Shown: positions 52,289-64,000 of the stretch, piece by piece | Layout of the letters: every line of letters starts with the position of its first letter | Position numbering within the stretch: position 1 is the stretch's first letter | Assembly: GCA_001643675.2 (NCBI GenBank) | Contig: LSRY02000018.1 | Span: 620,001 to 684,000, forward strand | DNA length: 64,000 nt | From: Monocercomonoides exilis PA203 | Lineage: Eukaryota > Protista > Preaxostyla | Direction: 5' to 3' | The notes under the pieces: model-generated | What the model was told of the DNA's origin: nothing | Database searches by the model: none | What the model saw: the letters and a program-made list of their open reading frames with translations, nothing else | Position numbers and translations under genes: made by a program

Positions 52289-54632
52289 ATGTCTTTTTCA
52301 AAACCTCAATCAACTCTTAATTCTCGATCCAAAACTCTTTGGAAACAAATTGAACGCATTGGTGGAGATGACGTGGATTCGTTACTTGCTTATTTGTTTT
52401 ACACTTTCAGGCAATCATCTTCAATAATTAATGATTTACTGAAGTCTTTGAATGGTTTGATTTTCACTTTTTTGTATTGCGTAAAAAAAATATTATTTTC
52501 TCTCTCTGTTATTTTTTTTCTTTTTGATTTGTTAATTATTTATTTATTTAAAACAGAATATCACAAAAAGCTGCTGGAAGATCTGTCTGTGGTGAACAAC
52601 AACGCTTCGTAGCACACTCAGACAACAACGCTGCAAGCGCTTTCCCACAACACATCATTGTCCGATTTACAAGACTATGGATATGATGTGACAGAAGGCA
52701 AATTTATTTACGCGAAGCAAACACTCAAAAAGAACCAAGGTTTTATCATTCAGCCTCAAAAACCTCACCTTCCGTCTTGCAAAAGTGGTTTGAATTTATT
52801 AATATTTTTTTCGAATAATTCTCTCTGTTTATTAAGGTTTAAATGAACAGGACTGGGAAAAGGGAAACAACTGGATGTTGGCCCATTCCACCGAAGCCTC
52901 AACTTCGCTTCAGTCAGCAAAGAAAAAGCAGCGAGCAGAACCGGATTATGCAAGATTTATTGATGAAGCAGCTTGGGAAGAAGAAATAATCACAGAAAAC
53001 TCTTCTTCAAATAAAAAACAATCTTCTATTTCTTCATCATCTCAACAAAATAAAAATTCAAAAACCATTTCAGAAAAAAATTCTCCTTCTTCAAATTCTT
53101 CATCTTCTCAAGCTTTTGATGCTCCAATCAGTACTCCAATAAGGAGAGAAAATGGTTCAATAATAAGAAAAACAAACAAATCACATCATAAACGTCACTC
53201 ATCTCCTTCACCTAATCCAATTCACAAATTTTTCAAAACAAAGCAATCCTTATCCGCTTCCTCATCTTCCTCATCTTCCTCATCTTTCAAAAAGAAACAA
53301 AAAGAAAATATAAATTCTTCTCCTATTGAAGAATCTTCAGCTTCCTTTTTTAACGATGATGTGTGGGTCAGTGATCAATTAGTAGAATATGCCATATAAC
53401 CCAATCTCATTCCACCTCAAGCATTTCAAAATCTACTTTCATCATTTTCAAAAGACAATGACACTACAACTATTCAACAACAAAGCATTCAATCTTCAAA
53501 TAATGAAACATCTTTTCTTAGAAATATTTCGGAAAATATTTCAAAAAAGAGTGCTAAAGAAACTTCAATTAAAAATCATTCTCATTCTCAATCTTCTTCA
53601 AATTCATTAAATACTTCGAAAACATCATCACAAAAAGCAAAAGGATTACCAAACTTAGGCAACACATGCTATCTGGCCTCTCTTCTTCAATGCCTATCTT
53701 CAATCATTTCACAAAAGCCATCTTTACTCAAAAAACAAACAGCTATGAAGAACACATCTTCGCGTGTTATTAGTGTTTGTCAACAATTGGCTAAAGACGG
53801 AATATCAGTGCGTTCGTGGGTCCCATCACTGATCAACAAATGGAAAGACTTTTGTGGATATGGCAGCAGACAGCAGCAAAATGTGGCTGAGGCATTTGAC
53901 AATCTTCACAAACTTCTTCCAAAAGATGAGTTGATTAAAAAGGACAGTTTCAATACTGTTTTAATCACTCATTTCAAATGCCAACAATGCCATAAAGAAT
54001 CAAATCATTTCAATGAAGCATGCAGTTATGTTATCATCAATTCATACTCTCCTCATAAAGGTTTATCTTCACTTTTTGCAACAGAAATTTTGGATGGAAA
54101 AAACAATGTTTATTGCGATGAATACAAGGAAAAATGCTGTGCTGCTCGATGGGAGGAAATGGCTGCATTTCCAGAGGTGCTAGCCCTCTGTCATGAATGC
54201 ACTGATTCTGCTAGTTCTGCGCCTTCGAGAACGCTTCTAATTGAAACTGATAGCACTAACCAGCGCACGTTCTGCAAAGGGTTTTTAACAGAAAACATTC
54301 AACATCTTCAAGAGAGCAATAAGGAAATCATCATATATCATCTCGTTGGGCAAATTCTTTTCAAGCGTTTAGATCTACAGAATGGACATTACATCGCTGT
54401 AGTAAAAAGGAAGACAAGAAGTGATGCATTGTGGAATATTTGCAATGATGTAAGTGTTTCTGAATTTGATAAAGATAATTGGAATTCATCATGGAAAGAT
54501 ATTTACTCCCAGTGTTACACTCCTTCACTTTCATTCTATATCAAAGAAAAAACAAAGCCAACACTGTCAACTCTTCAATTTGGTGGTTCATCATCTTCTT
54601 CAAAAACATCAAATTTGAACAATTTAAATAAC

Positions 54633-54668
<36 letters not shown>

Positions 54669-56063
54669 GCATCTTTATCATCTTCATCATCATCATCATT
54701 CATCACTCCACTTCATCCAACAACTTCTTGTACTCCACTCTCTTCATCAATAACAACTAACTATGGATTGGAAGCACTGAAAGAAAGAAGAAAGAAAACG
54801 GGCATCTTTTCTCTTAATGAAAAGAGATTAATCTTCAAGCCCAAGACAAAATTATGGAAAGAGTTCACAGAAGAAACAAATATCAAAGTTTCTTTATCTC
54901 ACTTTTACAAACTCACTGCCAACTTCTCCAAAGCGAAAAGGCGCACGGATCTCTGCGGCATGTGCGAGAAACTCAACTATCTTGAAAACAAATTAAAGTC
55001 ATCACAAAACAAAAACGGACTTTCTTCTGTTGAGTTTCACACTCTTAAACTTCTTCGTCAACATCGTCTTGTTGCAGAAATGCAACGAAAACATTATCAA
55101 TCGACTGTAGACAATCTGAAAGAAGGAGAAGCAGTCTTCGTCTTCGACTTCAAAGAAAAATGGAAACTTCCTATCAGAAAGAACAAACTTCAACAAGAAT
55201 TCTTCAACTATCAACAGGTTTCTCAATTCACAATCATCTCTCTTCAAAAAATAAACAATCAATAAACAAAAAGAACTTTCAACTTCTTCTCCGACTGCCT
55301 CTCAAATGATCACAGATTTGTTATTGAGTGTCTGGAATCTGTGATCAAAAGGCACTTCTTCTCAGACACTCACACTTTTAAGTTCTTCTGCGATTCGGGC
55401 CCACACAACCGAAATCGCTTCCTTCTTCACTTCATCCTCTCTAAACAATCCAAACTTCTCAAAAAGAAAAATACTCAACTCAACTTCTTCGCTGAGCCTC
55501 ATGGAAAAAATATCTGTGATAGTGAATTTGGTGCATTAGTTAATACTATCGACAATAATCTTTCGACTGAACACATCACCACACTTCATGATTTGATCGA
55601 CTTCTTCGAAAACAACATGAATGTGTCAACATCTACTTCTTCAACTTCTCAATCAAACATTTTCTCAACATCATCATCAAACTCTTCACCATCTTCAACA
55701 TCTGTCAATGACTCTGTGCATGAGAGGTTCTTTGAAGAATATGTACCATCTCAACAAATCTCATGGCCATCATTGTCAGTTCCCCACATGAAGGACTACA
55801 TGTATTTTGAGCGTAAGGGCTCATTTGTCTGCACTTCAACTGTTATATGTCTTCCTCAACGCTCTCTGGTTGCCCTCGAATCGTCGACAATGAAAGAAAA
55901 AGTGCAACGAACAAGGAAGTCATTTCACTCTGATATCACATCATCTAACTCTTCTCTTCTTTCTCAATCTTCTCAAGATCTTCTTTCAAGGAGATTTGAG
56001 CTTCTTCTTGACTCTTCTTCTTTTAATGAATCTCAAAATTGTTCTTTTGGTGTCCCCTATTAA
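52289..56063 (+). pseudogene. DDD-type (Sola-like) transposase with in-frame ubiquitin-specific protease domain; three in-frame stops
   Basis: Predicted exons 52289-52454, 52557-52787 and 52837-56063 (GTTTGA..AG introns keep the frame, ~1200 codons). Stops: TAG 52610, TAA 53397, TAA 55263. Transposase motifs RRTDLCGMCE, VFDFKEKW, FCDSGPHNRN, FFAEPHGKNICDSEFG. Confidence 0.8.
53643..54546 (+). other. USP / peptidase C19 (UCH family 2) catalytic domain
   Basis: Cys box GLPNLGNTCYLASLLQCL (Cys codon 53667, upstream of the ORF-track start but in frame), QQQNVAE (QQDAxE-like), CQQC, FPEVLAL, His box YHLVGQI...NGHYIAVV (His 54387) and WNICNDVSVS. Confidence 0.9.
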
Positions 56064-59000
56064 GAAACTAGTTGTTGTGCATGCTTAGCTGGCACTCTAT
56101 CGGAAGGGTGCTGGACAAGACTGTTCGTATTAGATATTGCAGCCTCTTGACTGCTTTATCCGGACCTGGATACGACGAACAGCCTCCCAGGTGCACAACA
56201 GTTAGAATCCGATTGTTTTCTTGTACTTTTTGTCCCCATAATGTCCATATTTTCAAATTTGTTATTGTCCCGCTCATATTTGTGTTTATCTGGATTCATT
56301 AATAGAGAGAGTTGTGAGGGAATTCAATGATCTTTGGGCGAGGTTTTTGGAAGGGAGAGTTGTTGAGAGCGTGAAGTGATGTTTCATCTTTGTGTCTGTC
56401 TTTTATCTTTGTTGGATTTGATCTTTTTGAGTCAAAGTTAGAGAAATATCAGAAAGGGAAGAGTGGATGGAAAACAGAGGGAAAATAGACAAATCAGTTT
56501 TTGAACTTTTAATATAAGTTTTCTTTTTTGTTTGGAATTGTATTTGATACCTTGAATTTGTTGAAATAGTATAGATTTTTCTTATATTTTTTATTGTTCA
56601 AAATTGTTGACATCCAGTTGACATTTGGTGATTGTTTATGATCAAGTGATAGAATTATGTTTTTTTTGAAAGTTATAGAATTTGATTAGAAATTTTCTGA
56701 CTGTTTTCAATTTTTAAAATGATTAATTTCATGAAGTACTTTTTGTTTATTTATGTCATTTTGATTGGTGAACGATTGTAAATTTTAAATGTATTTTTTT
56801 ACATTTCATTGATATTTTTTCTATTTCGATTTTGACTCAGATTCGAAAATATTCGGTTTTTTTTTTATCTTGAAATCAATTTCAGTTTTTTTCATATTAC
56901 TAAAATTAACGTTAAAAGCAATTAATATTTATTGAAGAGAAATTATTTTTTGCAAATAGATCAACAAATAATTAACAGTTTCACAAAAGATCTCAATGAT
57001 CATAAAAAATTTTCATTACTTGGGAATTTGCAGAAATTGTTATTAACTCAATGAAACACTTCAACATTTTATTGATATTATCTTGTTATATCAAATAAGC
57101 ATTTCTGTAAATTGCAGATCAACAAAAAAATGAAATTTGAAATGGGATTTTGGAGAAATAAAATATATCAAAATTTTCAAAAAGAAACTTCGTTTTGAGA
57201 TATAACAAAGTTCTTCAGAGATTCATATTTTCTTCCTTTTCTATTTTTCCTATTGTTTCACGATGTTCTCTTATTGTCCTTCGCTGCACACGCATTTTGT
57301 TACAAATATTTCCTTTTTCCCCTCTTCTTCATTATTGAATCAAAAACATTCGTAAAGAGGAACCAGATGTTGCTTATACATATATCAATTGCACTAACAG
57401 TTATTTCGAATAATTTTTTCCTACTCCACTGTGTATTTAATCAGACCACCGAAGCCAACCTAAGAATACATGATAATTTAATCCAAACAGTTGTTTACTA
57501 ATAAATGACAGACAACTTCTTTGAGGCGATCATTATTAATTATCTGTGGATGACAAACTGATGCGAGATTCGATTCAGCTGCAATTCATGCTTTCATTTT
57601 TAGGAATGACTGGAGTTAAGATACCCTGAAGCTTTTCTGCATTGTCTGCTTTATATTTGATCTCTATTGTCACCTGTTGCGGTTTACAATAAAAGTTTGC
57701 TTTGTAATATTCTCTCAACAACTTTAAAGAAGATATCATTCAGAGTAATTTTGCGGGAGATGAAGAGATCAGAAAAGACATCTTAAAATGAACGAAAAGA
57801 ACACATCTACGTTTTTCCACGTCAAGTTGTTCAACTAGCTTGCGAAATTGCACAAGAAGAAAAAAAGTCAAAAAGAATGAAGAGTCCATATTCAAGATAT
57901 AGTTTTAACAAGAGCTCTGAATTACATAAACTATATGTTTGTTGAGCTGTCAACATATACACAGATGCACTTCAGACATCTTTTAATGAGAAAGCGAGCA
58001 GAATCATGAAAGCGCACTGGAGAAGTTAGCTGATAGGTCAAATTCATATGTGGAGGCTAAGCGGCAGAATAGCAAAGGAATAAGCTCAATCTTGCAGAAC
58101 GAATAGGAAACGAAGAAAGATAAGATGAGTTTGAGCAGCTTGACTAACGAGGAGAAAGTGCAGAATAGCGCTGTGTTAATAGTCGTTCTTTATCTATTCA
58201 GGAAGCTGACTGAACCTAGACAAGAAGGAAGTCATCGATGCTGAGCAGTTTCTGGATGTGCATCTCTCCCAAAGAGGACGCATATGGTGAACATCGTGAG
58301 CTGCCTTATCAACGAGTTCTCAATATGCCTTGTTGACAAGCCGGAGATATTTTTGGAAGCTGCAGCAGCTCCAGACTTTGTCCGAAGCTTTATAAAGTGT
58401 CAAACGATGAACATGCATGTCTGCAGAAATGAGTAAAAATTGTTGCATCTAGATTCTTTAAGTGAATTGGACGAAAAAGCCAAAAGAGAGAGGAGAAGGA
58501 AGGGTTGGACAGAAAGAAAGGACTGATTGACGGATGGATGTTAAGGAAGCATTTTTTTGGAAGATCTGGTTACAAACGCATGGAACAGAGAAATGCAGTC
58601 ACGGAACAGGCTTTCAATTCTGGCAGGTGCATCGATTTAACGGAAGGCTTGCGTTAAAAAACAAAAGCCTTTGCGCTTGCAGAATTTATCAATCAATGCT
58701 CATAAGTTCTAATGGCAAAAGTATTCTTTCAAAAAAGATCTATCGATGAATATTTAGCGGAAGGAAAAGAATGAGAAAATTGAATTGGAACATCGAATAT
58801 GACATTGCCTTATTTAAGGTGTATTTTTTTGTTTGATTTTTTCTAATTCCAATTGTTTTTTAATCAATGGTTTTTTCTCTATTAAACTAAATGCATTCAG
58901 ACTAGCAAGGAATGAAAAAAGATTGCTTTTTGAGCGCTTCTGGAAGGCAGCAGGGTTTGCAGTTGTAAATATTCTTGAAAAGATACAGGATGTTAATTTA

Positions 59001-59645
59001 TATACTTCCATTAACGTGAAGAATAAGAAAAGTGATTTCATTTGATGATTTTAATTTAAAGCTTTTGGAACAAGCAGCCAATGGAGTAGAAACAGTCGCA
59101 GCAGCAGAAGCACAAGGAGGAGAAAGAGGAAGAGAAAGGAAATATGAATGAGGATAGCTTTCATTTGAGAGAAGAAGATATTAAGCACACAATTTGTTGT
59201 GAGAAACATCTATGACAAGGTTGTTGAGCAAGTCGTTATCAGAGACAGAAACAGAAAAGGAAGATGGATCTGAAAGGTTATCGGGTGAGCTGTGACTGCC
59301 AATGCGATTTCTATCTATGTGCTATAATGAGATTACAAAAACGAGGTGTTTCCTTGACGAGGAGCAAGAGCGTTTAATAGGACAGAAGGAAGGCTGAATC
59401 GGGCTGAGCATTTTGAGAAAGGATGAATCAGAGAAAGAAAGGAGAACAAAGAAGGAACATATTGAAATACATATTTTATTTCACTAAGCTTGTCGGCAAC
59501 AATGCCAGGAATGTGAATGAGTGATATGGGTTTTTGAAAAGAAAAAAATATATCTCATTAATTAATATATGTGATCGTTTATTTTTTTTCTTATTTTGTT
59601 TTTTATTTCTTTTTATTTGTTTGTATTTTTATTTGCGTATTTGTT

Positions 59646-59683
<38 letters not shown>

Positions 59684-60443
59684 AACATGTTGGGATTGTT
59701 AGACTTTGAGATATTCATTCAGTGGATTTTCAGACACGACCATATTGAAGGGAAAAGAAGAGATGGTGCAAAAGCATCTGGGGCAGCGAGATAGAAACGG
59801 TTTGAAAAGCAGTGAGAGGAGTATCAGAAGCATATTGCGCCTGCAAAGTGATTAAAAAAACGGGGAATGAGAAAGAGGGAAAGGAGCGGTTGGTGAGAAG
59901 GAAAGGCGAAATGGAGATTGGTTGAGAGAAGGGTGTGGGAGGTTACAGGAACATTACAAAAAGCGAGCAGCAGTAACCAGTTACTGGAACAAAAAACTTA
60001 TTCTTCTTTAAAAAAACGAGCTTGTGAAAGAAAATTGAGGAATGAGGAAGAAAAACGCAGTGTGAAAGGGAAGATATTCGTATCATACAGAACAAAATCA
60101 TAGAAAAATGAAGGATCAATGAAAGGAGAATGAGAAGAAGAAGAAGAAGAAGAAAGTTATGAGGGAGTAACTGAAGAGAGGACAGAGGAAACTTAAGGCT
60201 GGCTGGCAGGGAGAGTGGATATGAATGGATAACAAAAAAAGTATGTGAAGTCAAAAGCAATGCGCGCTTGAATGCTGAGCAGGTTGGACAGCCAAAAAAA
60301 AAGATGTTCAATTATCATCAATCTCAACTTTGTTTATTGATTCTTCTTCGTCATTTCCTTCTCCTTCTCCATCTCCGTCTCCATCTCCTTCATCATCATC
60401 TTCTTCTTCCTCTTCTTCCTCTTTCTCCTCTTCCTCTTCCTTT

Positions 60444-60481
<38 letters not shown>

Positions 60482-63400
60482 ATATTATAACTTCGTTGTT
60501 TTTGTCACTTTTAATATTGTAACTTTTGCGATACAACGAATAAATAATATTTTAATTCATTCATGAAAATATTATGAAACAAAACAACTCTATCTTCTGC
60601 TCCTTCAACTTCTTCTTCCTTTCCTTCTTCATCTCCTTCAACAATTTCCACCACAGTCTCCTTCATCTTCATTATTCGGTTGTTTGTTCTGTGTGTCAAT
60701 AGAAAGAATCTGCAGTTGATGTCTCTCAGCACACGAAGAACAAAGCGAAAACTCCTTCATTGTTGACTCATGTGCTTTGCTTCTTATTTCTCTTCGTATG
60801 AATCAGGCTTCGAAGCTTCGCTATCCCTTCCATTTGTTGTTCTGATGGAAAATCAGTCGTGGTTTTATTATGTTCAGTCATTCAAACTATTAAAACAATT
60901 AATGAAGAAGGTGTCAGTGAATTTCTTAAGTCATTTTTTAAAATAAGACTCTGTTTTTCCGTCATTCTTTTCTTCATTCTCCCCTTCAAATTTACACAAA
61001 CACTTCTCCTCCTTCGAATATATCTCTCTTTCGTATCCACCAGACTTCCACTGCTATTCTAACATTTTTCCTCCTCTATCCTTTGGCTGCATCTCATCAA
61101 GCACAAGAAAAAAATCCACCGTCCAAATGATCGAAGCTCACTTTCATCTCATTTTCATCAAAGATTGCTTTCAAATAGAATTTGAAGGAACGTTCGCGTC
61201 TGCTTATTCTGTGACTTCGTGTGTCTCTATTGCAATGGACAACTTCTTTGTGAATGTTACTCTGCAAAACATAGTGTTAAGATTCTGCCATCATGAATGC
61301 GGCGGTGCACAAGTTGTAATTAACATCACACGAAGTCAAAACCAGATAAATTTGAATGTTCAATCTATTTCTTCATCTGCAATGTATTCTGATGAGATTA
61401 AAAGCAACAGTTTTTACAGATTTGCTGCTCAGATGAACTCCAAGACTCGACATTGATTGCTATCAGAGCACAGACATTCTGTCCAATCGTAAATGACTTG
61501 CCTTTTTCAACTGCAAAAAATTCTGACTTGTCACCTGAAAACGAAAAGGATAATTGTTCTGATGATGATGCGACAGCATTGAATGCAACTCATCTTTAGA
61601 AATCTTCTCCATCTTCTTCTTCTTCACCTTTTATCTCTTTTAGCTTCATTTCTCCCTCCATTCCATCCTCTTCTGCTTTCTGACAATCTCACTTCTTTCT
61701 TCTTCTCGAACTTCCTTCTCATTTCAATTTCTTCTCCGACAACTTAACTTGCGCTCAACTCTGAATTGCTTTTCCTTTCTCGCAGGGATTTGTGCCTTGT
61801 GGCTGGATGGAAATGATATTCTCAGTGTTAAAAATTGCTCCTTCTATGAACGCCAGTGCTCAATGGAAGCTGGGCCGTATAAAAACATGTGGGGATAAGG
61901 AAATGAGGTTTTTGTGACGTACAAAATAAAAGGTTGAGGAGGAAATGAGATCGAGAGACATTCGAACTTAGAGAATAGGGAAATTTGGAAAATAAAAGAT
62001 TAAAAGATAACGAATTGACTAAAGGAAAGGAGCGTTTAAATGTGACATTACAAGACGAAAAGCTGTCTTTTTTTGCTTGAAACTTTGAAATTAGATATTG
62101 AAATCAAACATGAAAGAGAGTTTTATCCACTCAGGCAACATGACAACTTTTGGAAGCAAAGTCTTTGTATTTTACAAATCAGTTTCACAAAAGCTCAATT
62201 TCAATCAATTTGAACTTCTGCGTTTGACTTCGAATCTTTATGGCTGCTTTTGAGAGGAACGGGGTGTTTGGCTGTGGCGATGCACCTTAATGAAGTGGAG
62301 GAGACGAGAGAGTGACAGTTTATTTGGTTAAGCTGATTCTGCAGTTCGAATGGCTGTTGTTTATGTGGACAGCAGTGGCTGTATCAACAGAGCTATTTGT
62401 GATCTTGAAGAGTGATTAAAAAGAAATCTGAATGAAGCTCTGATGCATCTGGCGTGTGAGGAGGAGTATTGCAGAGAGATGGAGAAGAGAGAAATAGATA
62501 GTGGAAATGAAAAAAGCTGCAAAGGAAGAGGAAGAGAAAAAGAAAAAGAAAGGGAAAGGGAAAGGGAAAGGGAATGAGAAGGTTGGAAGGGGAAAGAAGG
62601 CGGATAATAATAAATGTGCAAGAGGAGGAAGCAACAGAGCAAGAAGCATAGAAATAAGAATTGATCAAACGGAATCTTTGATCTGAACGATGAATATGAA
62701 TATTTCTGATTGTTGCTTTCCATTGCTTCCATTTGAAAAAAGGACGATAACAATAACATCAAATCCAACTCTTCGTCTGTCTTTATCAGCAATATCATCT
62801 GCTTGCGCTTTTTCAAAGAATGAAATTATCCAAAAATGTTAACAAAATGAAAATGCAAAAACAGTCGAATTTGGTTTATTCTTTAAAAATACTTTTTCAG
62901 CCGTTCGCGATCGAGCCACAAGCACAAAGAAAGATGACAATATTCAATCTCAGGACAAAGTTTGATTTAAATCATTTTTATAAAAATAAACTGTTCTTTT
63001 GTTGATTCGTTTGAGAACTTATGCTGCACAATATAAATGGACTGTTTCAGAATGCAGCAAAGTCTGTCAAAAGCTATTCACAAATGAAGCAACTGAATAA
63101 ATACAAGGAAAAGCAAATGAAATGAAAACCTTACGTTTTCACTATTTATTTCATCTTTATCTTCTTTTCCTCCTTCTTCTTCACCGTTTTCTTCCATTTC
63201 TTCATCTTCTTCCTCAACTTCTCTGCCTTGAATGCTGTTTATCGCTCCAGAAGAGAATTGAGAGAGTAGAGAGTAACGAGAGAGAAATCGAAAGAGAAAG
63301 AGAAAGAGGTTCAACGGGGGAAAAGCAAAAGGAAAAAGATACACAGAAGAAGAAGAAGAAAAATGGAAGTTACTCAGAGGATTGAGAAGAACAACGTTGC

Positions 63401-64000
63401 AAGAAGCAGTGGTGAGATTTGTGGAAATGAGATACACGACAGAGCTGTTGGAGTCAGCATCGAACACAAAGATGAGAGAGGCAGTACCAGGGGCGTAGAG
63501 GTTGATATGGGAGAGTATGAAAGATAAAGCAGGAAGAGCACAGAAGCAAGAAGCTGAGATTATAATGATAGTCGATCAAAAAAAAATATGGAATATTTCA
63601 CATCAAAAAAACATTTAAAAATGTGAAAGAAGGAAGAGCAGGTCGATTTAAACAATGAATGAAAGGAGATTGCAGTTTATGAGGATGCAGTTGTTAAGAG
63701 GAACATACACTTCTTCCGCCTCAGCCATTGCATATACAAGGGGTGTTTGGGAGGTCAACATTGAAAAGGAGCAGCTTGACAAAAGCAGATAAGCTGAAAG
63801 AGAAGCGATAAAAGAGGGACTTTGTTCACAAAGAAGGTTTTACAAAAAAGGCAGAAGAGATGAGAATGGTTATGTGGCAGAAGCTTTTTGAGTTAAAAAA
63901 AAGTGAAAATTCCCCAATTTCCTTATATTTATTTATTATTTCATTGCAATTTATTTTAAAATTGTTTGATCAATTTATTTTAATTACTTCTTCAAAGTGT

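Larger units (their letters stand above)
51458..57233 (+). mobile_element. 5.8-kb DNA transposon with ~240-bp imperfect TIRs encoding a USP-transposase fusion
   Basis: 51458-51701 and 56989-57233 are imperfect reverse complements (e.g. CCCATTTCGAATTTTCATTTTTTAGTTGATCAGGAATTTGCAGAAATG vs the reverse complement CCCATTTCAAATTTCATTTTTTTGTTGATCTGCAATTTACAGAAATG). TTAA precedes the left end; no matching TSD on the right. Confidence 0.75.

Noticed and set aside
29945-56063. In-frame stops in the hAT and USP-transposases are all TAA/TAG, hinting at the TAR=Gln code known in some oxymonads (e.g. Streblomastix)
   Set aside because: TAR is far too rare relative to CAA/CAG in these long ORFs. The stops align to Lys and Leu in the paralog (AAG>TAG, TTA>TAA). 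The genes also terminate in TAA/TAG, and other pseudogenes contain in-frame TGA. Ordinary decay explains it.
57400-63900. Coding-like GC-richer patches
   Set aside because: Too many stops and frameshifts, and no motif I can identify. Probably decayed host gene fragments; no call made.

Overview
This is AT-rich eukaryotic genomic DNA: it has GT-AG introns and (GAA/TCA)n low-complexity coding tracts, and no operons, rRNA, tRNA or CRISPR. The degraded multicopy surface-protein families and codon style resemble an oxymonad/metamonad such as Monocercomonoides; that is inference, not confirmed. The window is a graveyard of DNA transposons and broken host genes. It holds four transposase genes. (1) A PIF/Harbinger-ISL2EU type DDE_Tnp_4 ORF at 8310-10484. 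(2) A hAT transposase inside a 9.76-kb element (29355-39118) bounded by TIRs and an exact 8-bp TSD, carrying about 5.5 kb of non-transposase cargo. (3, 4) Two homologous intron-containing 'D(F/L)KE...CD(N/S)GPH...HGKNxCDSEFG' DDD-type transposases at 41160-44861 and 52289-56063. The second lies between ~240-bp imperfect TIRs and carries a complete ubiquitin-specific protease (USP, peptidase C19) domain with its Cys/His/Asn-Asp residues retained, inserted in frame within the transposase. Its paralog carries unrelated repeats at the same site. This deubiquitinase-transposase fusion is the most interesting item. Many MITEs can also be delimited by TIR and TSD (TA-TSD Tc1/mariner-like, 4-bp-TSD 240-bp family, 8-bp-TSD hAT), including nested and inverted arrangements. 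All coordinates were read by eye and may be off by a few bases.
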